Positions 43,540 to 51,964 of a DNA stretch of 64,000 nucleotides are shown piece after piece (positions within the stretch are counted from its first letter, which is position 1; each line of letters begins with the position of its first letter). The position numbers and the translations under genes are program-made. Origin of the DNA: Minisyncoccota bacterium (GTDB lineage Bacteria > Patescibacteriota > Minisyncoccia > Phycocordibacterales > CAJBRS01); assembly GCA_017881075.1 (NCBI GenBank), contig JADGRH010000003.1, positions 64,682 through 128,681 of the forward strand, written 5' to 3'. The notes beneath the pieces were generated by a model that worked only from the letters and a program-made list of their open reading frames with translations, was not told the origin of the DNA and searched no databases.

Positions 43540-44793
43540 TTATTTTAAGGCTAGATTTCCATTAGCTCCGAAATCGGATTTCGGGTTTTTGTCACTTAAA
43601 TAATTGAAATAACCAGCCATGGCGATCATAATGGCGTTGTCGGTGGAGAGGTGGGAGTCGGGAATTAGGAGTTGGGTGTCAGGAGAAGCAGCGATTAAAT
43701 CTTGAAAGGAGCGGCGGAGGTGGGTATTGGCGATTACACCTCCGCCGACTATTAGAGTTTTAATATCAAATTCTTCAATGGCTCGTTTGGTTTTGGTAAT
43801 CAATACTTCAGTGACCGAATCTTCAAATTCTCTGGCCATTTTTGCTTTCCATTCTGGATCTGATTTTTCTTTGTCGGTCATTTTTTTAATTGTGTAAAGG
43901 ACGGCAGTTTTCAATCCGGAAAAAGAGAAATCGTAATCGTTTGATTTGATCATTGGTCTGGGCAAAACAAAGTTGCAGAGGTTTGACCTCTGCAAGTGAT
44001 CTGCAGAGGTCAGACCTCTGCAACGCTCTAAATCGGCCAATTTTGAGATTTCAGGCCCGCCAGGGTAGGGAAGATCCAGCATTCTAGCCACCTTATCAAA
44101 AGCTTCTCCAACCGCGTCATCACGAGTTTGACCAATGATTTTGTATTTTTTCCATGCTTCAATTAAGACTAGCTCAGTATGGCCACCGCTAATGAGAAGT
44201 GCTAAAGCTGGAAAAGAAAAGCTGACAGTTGGTAACTGATAGCTTTCAGCTTTAGATTTTTTTGGTAATAAAGCTGACATAATGTGTCCTTCCATGTGAT
44301 TAGTAGGAATGACAGGCAGATCCCAAACGAATCCCAACGCCTTGGCAAAATTAATACCGACCCAAAGTGCTGGCTCAAGACCGGGGCCGGTGGTGACGGC
44401 AATGGCTTCAATATCCGGCTTAGGAATTGTCGGAATAAATTTAAGAAATTGTTCGAGTAATTCAGGCTCGCGTTCTAGGATCTTTTTCAAACCCCCTCCA
44501 ACTCCCCCTTGTCTAAGGGGGAGAGGAAGCCCCCCCTCCTCAAACGAGGAGGGGGTAGGGGGTGGTGTTGAACCCAATTTATCTAATAACTCTTTTAACA
44601 ACGGAATCAGATTTCTAGAATGCTCTCTCTTCGCCATCATCGGATACACTCCGCCATATTTTTCATGAATTTTAGTCTGGGAATTAAGCGCTTCAGCAAT
44701 CACTTTAAATTGAGGTCGCTCAAAACCGCCATTGGATTCCACGATAGCGAGCGCTGTTTCATCACAGCTAGTTTCAATACCTAGGATTTTCAT
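43540..44793 (-). CDS. tsaD: tRNA N6-adenosine threonylcarbamoyltransferase TsaD with two in-frame repeat-derived insertions
   Basis: MKILGIETSCDETA, HMEGH, GGVAN-type, DFSFSGLKTA motifs; 417 aa vs ~340 typical; see findings for the insertions. Confidence 0.8.
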   Translation of the reverse strand: MKILGIETSCDETALAIVESNGGFERPQFKVIAEALNSQTKIHEKYGGVYPMMAKREHSRNLIPLLKELLDKLGSTPPPTPSSFEEGGLPLPLRQGGVGGGLKKILEREPELLEQFLKFIPTIPKPDIEAIAVTTGPGLEPALWVGINFAKALGFVWDLPVIPTNHMEGHIMSALLPKKSKAESYQLPTVSFSFPALALLISGGHTELVLIEAWKKYKIIGQTRDDAVGEAFDKVARMLDLPYPGGPEISKLADLERCRGLTSADHLQRSNLCNFVLPRPMIKSNDYDFSFSGLKTAVLYTIKKMTDKEKSDPEWKAKMAREFEDSVTEVLITKTKRAIEEFDIKTLIVGGGVIANTHLRRSFQDLIAASPDTQLLIPDSHLSTDNAIMIAMAGYFNYLSDKNPKSDFGANGNLALK

Positions 44794-44816
44794 TTGCTTG
44801 CCATGAGTTTATCGAA

Positions 44817-44893
44817 TGGTGGGCGATAGAGGACTCGAACCTCTGGCATCAACAACGTCAATGTTGCGCTCTACCAGCTGAGCTAATCGCCCG
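44817..44893 (-). tRNA. tRNA-Val (anticodon GAC), CCA encoded
   Basis: revcomp GGGCGATTAGCTCAGCTGGTAGAGC .. CAACA-TTGACGT-TGTTG .. GGTTCGAGTCC .. CCACCA. Confidence 0.8.
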
Positions 44894-44930
44894 TTCGTTT
44901 AATCTATCATTTTAACAATTTGTAAACAAT

Positions 44931-45018
44931 GCGGAGGAGAGAGGATTTGAACCTCTGATGCGGTTTCCCACATGCCGGTTTTCGAAACCGGTGCCTTCAA
45001 CCACTCAGCCACTCCTCC
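44931..45018 (-). tRNA. tRNA-Ser (anticodon CGA), type II
   Basis: revcomp GGAGGAGTGGCTGAGTGGTTGAAGGC .. CCGGT-TTCGAAA-ACCGG; long variable arm; GGTTCAAATCC. Confidence 0.75.
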
Positions 45019-45046
45019 GTGAGAATTTATGGTAGCATATTTTGGA

Positions 45047-45118
45047 GGCCCTATCGTCTAACGGTTAGGACATCGCCTTTTCAAGGCGGTAATCCGGGTT
45101 CGATTCCCGGTAGGGTCA
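45047..45118 (+). tRNA. tRNA-Glu (anticodon TTC)
   Basis: GGCCCTATCGTCTAACGGTTAGGAC .. loop TTTTCAA .. GGTTCGATTCC .. TAGGGTC-A. Confidence 0.75.
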
Positions 45119-45239
45119 CAGATTTTGTAACTATATTTTGCAACGTATTTTGACTTACCCGATAGGATGTTCAGAACTTTTGTTGTGTTCTATTGATCAT
45201 CCTTTCGTGAGCCGAGTAAAATTTGATATAATTGAAACA

Positions 45240-45515
45240 ATGAATAACATTACCAAAAGTTTTTTACTTTTTATTTTCTCCTATATTCCCATATTAATTC
45301 CTTATTACTTATCTCTGAACATTCAGGGTGATTATTTTTCTTATATAACTTATGGATTATGGCTTTTATTGTCTGGAATATCTGCCTATTTCGCTTATAA
45401 AACATTTAAAAAAGATGAGCATCGTGTTGGAGGAGTTCTTCTTTTTATGGTTGACTTACTCCCTTTTATCTTGACCTTATATCTTTGGTATTTAAACGAA
45501 AATCTTTATGGTTGA
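45240..45515 (+). CDS. small membrane protein
   Basis: start trimmed to MNNITKSF; 3 TM helices. Confidence 0.35.
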   Translation: MNNITKSFLLFIFSYIPILIPYYLSLNIQGDYFSYITYGLWLLLSGISAYFAYKTFKKDEHRVGGVLLFMVDLLPFILTLYLWYLNENLYG

Positions 45516-45524
45516 TAAGTTTTA

Positions 45525-45670
45525 ACATCCTCTACTAGACTGATCAAGCGTGAACTTGTGAACGTCGTGAACCTTATCTAACCACCAACTCCAACTCTTG
45601 AATACTACTTTTTATACAATACTTATAACTCACCAGTTCTGAAAGCCACCCTATAGGGTCATATCATTAA
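45525..45670 (+). repeat. ~150-bp direct repeat, copy A (about 70% identical to 47823..47990)
   Basis: shared blocks CATCCTCTACT, ACTTGTGAAC..CGTGAAC, AGTTC.GAAAGCCACCCTAT.GGGTCAT. Confidence 0.55.
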
Positions 45671-45835
45671 TGAGGAGAGGCGTCTGATACAACGCCAACA
45701 TAGTGTTGACGAGCGTGCGGAGACATTACATTCATTCCATATAAAAAAGCATTGATCAATATTAGTAAAACAATAGTGGTTATAGCCCCTTTTAATGCTT
45801 TAGATGAAAATATGGAATGTGCTTCGGGCATAGAA

Positions 45836-46432
45836 TTATACGTATTGTGGGTTCTTTTTGAGCTTGTTAATTTCTTTCACTAATTCTCCGATATGGATCT
45901 CCAAGTTCTGTGTTCGCTCCGCCAGTTTTATTTCCAGTTGATTTGAATGTTTGGCCATTGTTTCGGCGATCTTCATCATTTCAGTTACATCTTCTATGGC
46001 CAAAAGAATAATTGGTGGAAATATTTTTGAGGCACTTTCTTCTTGAAAATGTATTTGCCGAGCATTTAAGATCATTACCTTACGGCCGATGGAAGGAAAT
46101 TCATGGGCCACTTCAAAACCTTTGAGGAAAGTATTTTTAGGTAGAATGTCTTCCAATAGATCACGCAGTGATGGGATATTCCATTGACCATTACCGAGTT
46201 CATAAACATGCGTATGAGTAGTATCTTTTTCTTCCACTTGAAACATCTTGTAGAAGGACTCGTTGGCCGCCATGACACAGAGATCTTTATTAAGGATTAA
46301 GACTGGTTCCCGTACTACATCCACTACCGTTTTAATGTATGTCCATCCTTCTGCCGATAAGCGCTCGAAAAAACTAGCCCCAAATGGCTTAGAAGACTCG
46401 GCTATCTCATTTTTAGGTGCTTTCATATTCAT
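45836..46432 (-). CDS. PAS-domain protein with C-terminal coiled coil (paralog of 47210..47791)
   Basis: about 70% identity to the other PAS gene over the PAS fold: VREPVLILNKDLCVMAANESFYKMFQVEEKDTTHTHVYELGNGQWNIP. Confidence 0.6.
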   Translation of the reverse strand: MNMKAPKNEIAESSKPFGASFFERLSAEGWTYIKTVVDVVREPVLILNKDLCVMAANESFYKMFQVEEKDTTHTHVYELGNGQWNIPSLRDLLEDILPKNTFLKGFEVAHEFPSIGRKVMILNARQIHFQEESASKIFPPIILLAIEDVTEMMKIAETMAKHSNQLEIKLAERTQNLEIHIGELVKEINKLKKNPQYV

Positions 46433-46570
46433 ATAGCCGAGAGCGTGCCTAAAGCATTACAGCTTGCTATAAGTAGCATAATGTGATAGGCTTAAAGTCT
46501 AGTTACAGTCTCCTTGGTGGCAACACTGAAATACTCTTGTAATAGAAGCTCGCCGCGTGCGGCATATCTT

Positions 46571-47104
46571 ATGATTAGTCCAAAACAACTGACAAAGATG
46601 CAGGGGGTATTAACGAGCGCCCACCTCGACTTTGAAAGGGCGCTTAATAAACATGCCTTTTTCAAGGTAAATGACCATAATATCGGTGAAGATTTGGTAC
46701 AAGACACTTTCCTAAAAACATGGGCCTACCTTGTAAAAGGTGGGGAGATTGTTTTGATGAGAGCTTTTTTATATCACATCCTCAACAATCTCATTATTGA
46801 TCAATATCGAAAACCAAAAACAACCTCTCTTGACGTTTTGCTTGAAAAAAACTTTGAGCCGAGCACCGATATTACCGATAGCCTTTTTAATATCATTGAT
46901 GGCAAAGCAGCCGCTTTACTCATTGAACGTCTGCCTGAAAAATACCAAAAGGTCATGAAGATGCGACACATAGAGCTTCTGTCACTTAAAGAAATATCCG
47001 CCATCACCGGACAATCCCAAAATACCATTGCCGTTCAAACCCATCGCGGATTAATGAAACTGAAGGTGTTGTATGATAATCCTCTACCGGGTGGAGCAGA
47101 TTAG
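46571..47104 (+). CDS. ECF-type sigma-70 family RNA polymerase sigma factor (start uncertain; ORF opens at 46514)
   Basis: region 2 DLVQDTFLKTWAY; region 4 HTH LSLKEISAITGQSQNTIAVQTHRGLMKLK. Confidence 0.65.
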   Translation: MISPKQLTKMQGVLTSAHLDFERALNKHAFFKVNDHNIGEDLVQDTFLKTWAYLVKGGEIVLMRAFLYHILNNLIIDQYRKPKTTSLDVLLEKNFEPSTDITDSLFNIIDGKAAALLIERLPEKYQKVMKMRHIELLSLKEISAITGQSQNTIAVQTHRGLMKLKVLYDNPLPGGAD

Positions 47105-47209
47105 ATTTTATTAATTGGAGGCATGGTAAGATACTGGAACCCCTATTAGAAAACCCTGATACTGAAACTTGTCTTGTAATAGGCTAGCCTATCCAATGGC
47201 TTCATTGTT

Positions 47210-47791
47210 ATGAAAAAATACAAAAAGGACCTTGGCCGAGAATTTAATCAAGCGGAGATAGATTTTATCGAGCGTATAGATAAAGAAAGTAGGTTATATA
47301 TTAAGACCTTGGTGGATATTGTCCGGGAGCCAATTTTAATACTTGATGAAGATCTTCGGGTGAAGATGGCCAACGAGTCCTTCTACAAGATGTTTCAAGT
47401 GGAAGAAAAAGATACTACTCATATGCATGTTTATGAACTCGGTAATGGTCAGTGGAATATTCCTGCTCTCCGAAAACTTCTTGAAGAGATTCTGCCTAAA
47501 AATACCTTCTTCAAAGGTTTTAATGTTACTCATGAGTTTCCTATAATCGGCCAGAAATCAATGGTCTTAAATGCCCGCAAGATTTATTTCGCGGATAACA
47601 CTACTCCACAAATATTTCCGTCTATTATCTTTCTTGCTATAGAAGACAACACCGCAATGATGGCTGTTGCTGAAACTCTGGCTATTCACGTAAAAGAACT
47701 TGCATCTAAAAATGCAGAACGAACCTGGAAACTAGAAATGTATATCTCTAAATTAGAAAAAGAAATTAATGAAATCAAGGAGAATATTTAG
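47210..47791 (+). CDS. PAS-domain protein with C-terminal coiled coil (paralog of 45836..46432)
   Basis: see paralog; opposite orientation. Confidence 0.6.
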   Translation: MKKYKKDLGREFNQAEIDFIERIDKESRLYIKTLVDIVREPILILDEDLRVKMANESFYKMFQVEEKDTTHMHVYELGNGQWNIPALRKLLEEILPKNTFFKGFNVTHEFPIIGQKSMVLNARKIYFADNTTPQIFPSIIFLAIEDNTAMMAVAETLAIHVKELASKNAERTWKLEMYISKLEKEINEIKENI

Positions 47792-47822
47792 ATCCCGACA
47801 CTAGACAAACATTCTGTAGAAA

Positions 47823-47990
47823 TCATTGGATGGTCTGGTTCTAGCATCCTCTACTGGGCGGGGCAAAGGTATACTTGTGAACACCGTGAACGTTATTTCA
47901 TTACTAAACTCAATTCTTGTATGCTAGATTTGATATAATCACTCTGACCTTCAAGTTCGGAAAGCCACCCTATGGGGGTCATGCCATATG
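47823..47990 (+). repeat. ~150-bp direct repeat, copy B; also the promoter/5' region of the HAD gene
   Basis: contains GATATAAT -10-like box; ends at the ATG of 47988. Confidence 0.55.
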
Positions 47991-48608
47991 AACGCTCACA
48001 TGCAGTCCAAATCAGTTATAGCAATTGATGTCGATGATGTTATTGCTGCAAACGCAAAGGCTTTTATAGAATATAGCAATCAGAAATTTGACACTAATTT
48101 AACGATTGATGATTACCAAGAACATTGGGGTGAAGTTTGGAAGGTAGAGTATAACGAGGGAGAAGAGCGTGCGGTTGAATATATTGATTCTGGTCACATA
48201 GCAACATATGGGATGATTGAAGGTGCTAGAGAGGCTCTTCTGCAACTAAAAAAACATTTTGAACTCATAGTATTAACTACAAGGCGAAATTCTGTAAAAC
48301 AGCTGACGAAAGACTGGCTTGAAAAATATTATCCCGACGTTTTTGACGACTTCATTTTTACCGGATTTTTCGATTCTCCAACTAAAGATAGTATTAATAT
48401 GACTAAAGCAGAATTGGCCAAAAGTATTAGGGCGGATTATCTTATCGATGATCAACTAAAACACATTATGGCTGCATCAGAGATCGGCATAAAAGGTCTT
48501 CTCTTTGGTAATTATTCATGGAATAAGACTGATAATCTTCCGAAAAATGTTACTCGAGTTACGGATTGGCAACAGATACTTATTTATTTTGAGAATCATA
48601 TAAGCTGA
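47988..48608 (+). CDS. HAD-superfamily 5'(3')-deoxyribonucleotidase-like hydrolase
   Basis: IAIDVDDVIA (DxDx[TV] nucleophile motif); NT5C-like spacing of later motifs. Confidence 0.5.
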   Translation: MNAHMQSKSVIAIDVDDVIAANAKAFIEYSNQKFDTNLTIDDYQEHWGEVWKVEYNEGEERAVEYIDSGHIATYGMIEGAREALLQLKKHFELIVLTTRRNSVKQLTKDWLEKYYPDVFDDFIFTGFFDSPTKDSINMTKAELAKSIRADYLIDDQLKHIMAASEIGIKGLLFGNYSWNKTDNLPKNVTRVTDWQQILIYFENHIS

Positions 48609-48693
48609 TTCCAATTCTCTCCCACTCGGGTCACGTCATTCGTTACTTTTTGTCTATTCACGAAGCGGTTGTTCCCTGTTAAAATAGGAGATT

Positions 48694-49476
48694 ATGAAAT
48701 ATTTTTCAATCCTCGAACAGTCAAGCAAAGAAGCTATTCGAGAATTTGCAGAAAAGAGAAATCTTACTGATTATATTAAAGGAAATTATCAGCACTCCCA
48801 AGAAGACTACTTAATCGCTTCGAATACTCCTCCAATTTTTGTCGTTTCAGACGGCGTTACTTTGAATTTTATGAAATTAGTCGAAAGTAATACTAAATAC
48901 CCGAATCCTTCGCCTGCCGGTGCAGTTGCGAAGATATTTTGTGAAGCGGTGATAAAAAGCGTTAAAGAAAAATATGAGAAATTTAATGAGAAAGATCTTG
49001 CGGCTGTTTTCAAAGAAGCCAATAATGAAGTCGCTGAATATAATAGAAGGGTCGGAAAGAGTGATATTTCAGGAAATAAAACAGGATTTTATTCGGCGAC
49101 AGGCTCATTTGTAATCATTCGTGATAATAAAGCATATTGGGTATCTATCTGTGATTCCTTCGTTGCCCTTTTTGATAATGAAATGAATCTAAAATTTATG
49201 TCTACCGGAGTATGTAGTCCTTATGCCGTCATCAATGGCGAGAAATATATGGTTGATTATTTAGAAAAAGGGATTTTTAATCTAGAAAGAGGAGATCGTA
49301 TTTTTGTCTTTACCGACGGCTTCGAACAATACGTTAGAAATCCTGATTTTCAGAAACTCTTTTTAGAATGGAATGGAAACATAAAGGAACGCATTGCGAT
49401 ATTTTCTGAAAAAATGAACCTCGAAGACCCTACAAAATATGGGCAAGAGCGTTCTATCATAGCAATATCTAGTTAA
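48694..49476 (+). CDS. PP2C/SpoIIE-like phosphatase fold protein (divergent, inferred)
   Basis: FVVSDGVT, IIRDNKAYWVSICDSFVALF, IFVFTDGFEQYV spaced like PPM motifs. Confidence 0.35.
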   Translation: MKYFSILEQSSKEAIREFAEKRNLTDYIKGNYQHSQEDYLIASNTPPIFVVSDGVTLNFMKLVESNTKYPNPSPAGAVAKIFCEAVIKSVKEKYEKFNEKDLAAVFKEANNEVAEYNRRVGKSDISGNKTGFYSATGSFVIIRDNKAYWVSICDSFVALFDNEMNLKFMSTGVCSPYAVINGEKYMVDYLEKGIFNLERGDRIFVFTDGFEQYVRNPDFQKLFLEWNGNIKERIAIFSEKMNLEDPTKYGQERSIIAISS

Positions 49477-49575
49477 ATATTTTGAAGTGAAAAATGGCTC
49501 CTGACCCCATTTTTCTACTCAGTGATGTGGTAGAATCTGAAGACGGAATTTTTATTCGTTAATTAATATAAAATC

Positions 49576-49845
49576 ATGGTTGACCCAACAAAAATAGACA
49601 TGAATCAGTTGCCGAAGAAATTTTGTGACGGTGCCATTGGGGCGTTCGGTAAGGAACTTTTTTCTTTTGCTCTTACTTCTGGCAATAACCTAGATTCTTT
49701 TGCCACCACACCCCAGACAATGAAAAGTATTGCTGTCTGGATGGGAGCTCAAATAGAGAATTACGAAAAACAATTCGGAGTTATTGATATGACCCCGCCA
49801 CAAATCCAGAGCCCAATCCAGGCAGCTGATTTGGATAATAAATAG
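49576..49845 (+). CDS. hypothetical small protein
   Basis: 89-aa ORF. Confidence 0.3.
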   Translation: MVDPTKIDMNQLPKKFCDGAIGAFGKELFSFALTSGNNLDSFATTPQTMKSIAVWMGAQIENYEKQFGVIDMTPPQIQSPIQAADLDNK

Positions 49846-49847
49846 CC

Positions 49848-50771
49848 CTATTTTGTATGTAGATGGACATAAATGTCCTCGAGAGCCTTGACGGCGTCGC
49901 CGGCGGCGATGTTGTTTTGGTGATAGAGACCATCGGTGCAGTCACCGGCGGCCCAGATGCCAGGCGAGCTAGTCTGCTGGGTGCGAGGGTCCACAATGAT
50001 TTGGCCGTAAGTATTTTGAGCTACCAGACCCTTGGTAAAATCAGTTGAGGGAATAAGGCCAATTTCTACGAAAACGCCGGTGACCGAAAGCTCGGTATTT
50101 TCTTTCGTCTCTCTATTTTGATAGACAATTGATTTAACAAATTTTTCACCTTTTACTTCCACCAGATCGGCATTTAAAACGGCATGCATTTTTGGATTGG
50201 AGAGTACTTTTTTAACAGTGACGGGATCAGCTCGAAACTCCTCGCTTCGATTGAGAAGGGTGACGCTTTTGCAATAAGCTAAAAGTTGAGCGGCTGTCTC
50301 AAATGCGGCATTGCCGCCGCCTATCACCACCACGTCCTGATCGGAAAAGAGTGGGCCGTCGCAGGAGGCGCAATAAGTAATGCCTTTATTCTCAAACTCC
50401 ACAGCGCCGGGAACAATCAATTTTCGGCGAGTACTGCCGGCAGTAAGAAGAACGGTCTTGCCTTCAAAATCACCCTCGGAAGTTTTAACCATGAAACCGT
50501 CAGAAGTTTTTTTAATAGAATTAACATATCCACCTTCTTTAATATCCACTGTGTCGCCGGCGTAAGCTTTTAGGTGCTGGCGAAAATTATCAGCCAGCGC
50601 CAATCCTTTAATTGAAATGGTCCCTATCCAATTTTGGATGTCTTCAGAAACATTACTCTGTCCGCCGATCTCTTTAGCCACTAGAACAGTCTTCAGGCGC
50701 TTGCGCGCCGCATATACTCCGGCGGCGACCCCTCCGGGGCCGCCGCCAATAATTATTAAATCGTAAATCAC
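49848..50771 (-). CDS. trxB: thioredoxin-disulfide reductase
   Basis: GGGPGG FAD site, CASCDG redox-active disulfide, GGGNAA NADPH site. Confidence 0.85.
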   Translation of the reverse strand: MIYDLIIIGGGPGGVAAGVYAARKRLKTVLVAKEIGGQSNVSEDIQNWIGTISIKGLALADNFRQHLKAYAGDTVDIKEGGYVNSIKKTSDGFMVKTSEGDFEGKTVLLTAGSTRRKLIVPGAVEFENKGITYCASCDGPLFSDQDVVVIGGGNAAFETAAQLLAYCKSVTLLNRSEEFRADPVTVKKVLSNPKMHAVLNADLVEVKGEKFVKSIVYQNRETKENTELSVTGVFVEIGLIPSTDFTKGLVAQNTYGQIIVDPRTQQTSSPGIWAAGDCTDGLYHQNNIAAGDAVKALEDIYVHLHTK

Positions 50772-50774
50772 AAT

Positions 50775-51914
50775 TTATTTTAACTTTGATCTTCGAAGAA
50801 AGGCCGGAACGGCACCCCAGTCGTTGTCATCATCGCCGACGGTCTCCAGTTTTTTTTCTTCCACTGCCGTTTTGGTTGGTTCTTTAGGAACAGAATTGTA
50901 TATTTTGCCTTTTTCGGCTTTTAGATCAAACTCGCTTTGAGGGCTGTTGCGCCGGGCACTTTCAGGGAAGCCAGAAGCAATAACTGTTACTCGCACTTCG
51001 CCTTTCTTAAGCCGATCGTCTTTAATAGTACCGAAGATAACCTTTGCTCCTGCATCAATTGATTCAGTAATGACCTTGGCGGCATCCTGGATTTCATGAA
51101 GAGTGAGGTCATCACCGCCGGCCACGGAAAAGAGAACCCCTTTGGCGCCATGTATGGAAGTATCAAGAAGGGGAGAGTTAATAGCCATTTTGGCAGCCTC
51201 TACAGCACGACTTTCACCACTCGCCGTGCCGATGCCCATAAGGGCCGATCCGGCATTGGCCATTACAGATCTAATATCGGCGAAGTCTATATTAATAAAC
51301 CCCGGAGTAGTAATTAGATCGGAAATGCCTTCCACAGCCTGTCTTAGAACCTCATCGCACATAGCGAAGGCGTTTTTAGCCGTAGTTTCCTTAGTAACGG
51401 TACTAAGCAGACGATCATTCGGGATAACAATCAGAGCGTCCACTTCCTTTGATAGCTCATCCAATCCTGCTTCAGCGATTTTCATCCTCTGCATACCCTC
51501 AAAGAAAAAAGGTTTAGTGACTACTCCGACAGTTAAAGCCCCTAGCTCTTTGGCTACCCGAGCCAAGATTGGTGAAGCGCCGGTGCCGGTGCCTCCACCT
51601 AATCCGCAAGTGATAAAAACCATATCCGCTCCCTTAATCGCTTCCTGAATTTCTTCCTTGTTTTCTTCAATGGCACGCTTTCCAAGATCAGGACTCATGC
51701 CAGTGCCCAAACCTTTGGTCAGGTTTTTGCCGATGTGAATTTTTTTCTTCGCTAATGCATGATGAAGATCTTGAGCATCAGTATTGACGGCAATAAAATC
51801 AACACCTTTCACTTTACTACTAACCATATGATCTAGAGCGTTATTACCGGAGCCTCCGACGCCGATCACTTTTATTCTGGCAAATGTTTCAACTTCTGGT
51901 TTTATTTGTGGCAT
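50775..51914 (-). CDS. ftsZ: cell division GTPase FtsZ
   Basis: VIGVGGSGNNAL, GLGGGTGTGASPI tubulin signature; start trimmed to MPQIKPEV. Confidence 0.9.
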   Translation of the reverse strand: MPQIKPEVETFARIKVIGVGGSGNNALDHMVSSKVKGVDFIAVNTDAQDLHHALAKKKIHIGKNLTKGLGTGMSPDLGKRAIEENKEEIQEAIKGADMVFITCGLGGGTGTGASPILARVAKELGALTVGVVTKPFFFEGMQRMKIAEAGLDELSKEVDALIVIPNDRLLSTVTKETTAKNAFAMCDEVLRQAVEGISDLITTPGFINIDFADIRSVMANAGSALMGIGTASGESRAVEAAKMAINSPLLDTSIHGAKGVLFSVAGGDDLTLHEIQDAAKVITESIDAGAKVIFGTIKDDRLKKGEVRVTVIASGFPESARRNSPQSEFDLKAEKGKIYNSVPKEPTKTAVEEKKLETVGDDDNDWGAVPAFLRRSKLK

Positions 51915-51964
51915 ATAGAGTAGAATACAAAAGAAATAGAAAAAAGACAAATGGCCAAAAAGGA

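Noticed and set aside
43344-43540. Possible T-box leader or SRP-RNA-like sequence upstream of valS (AGGTCCGGA on the minus strand, hairpin CGACCCCC..GGGGGTCG)
   Set aside because: I found no T-box consensus (AATTAGGGTGGNACCGCG) and no SRP domain IV GGAA/GCAGC motifs. It more likely holds the tsaD terminator and valS promoter plus one more GC palindrome.
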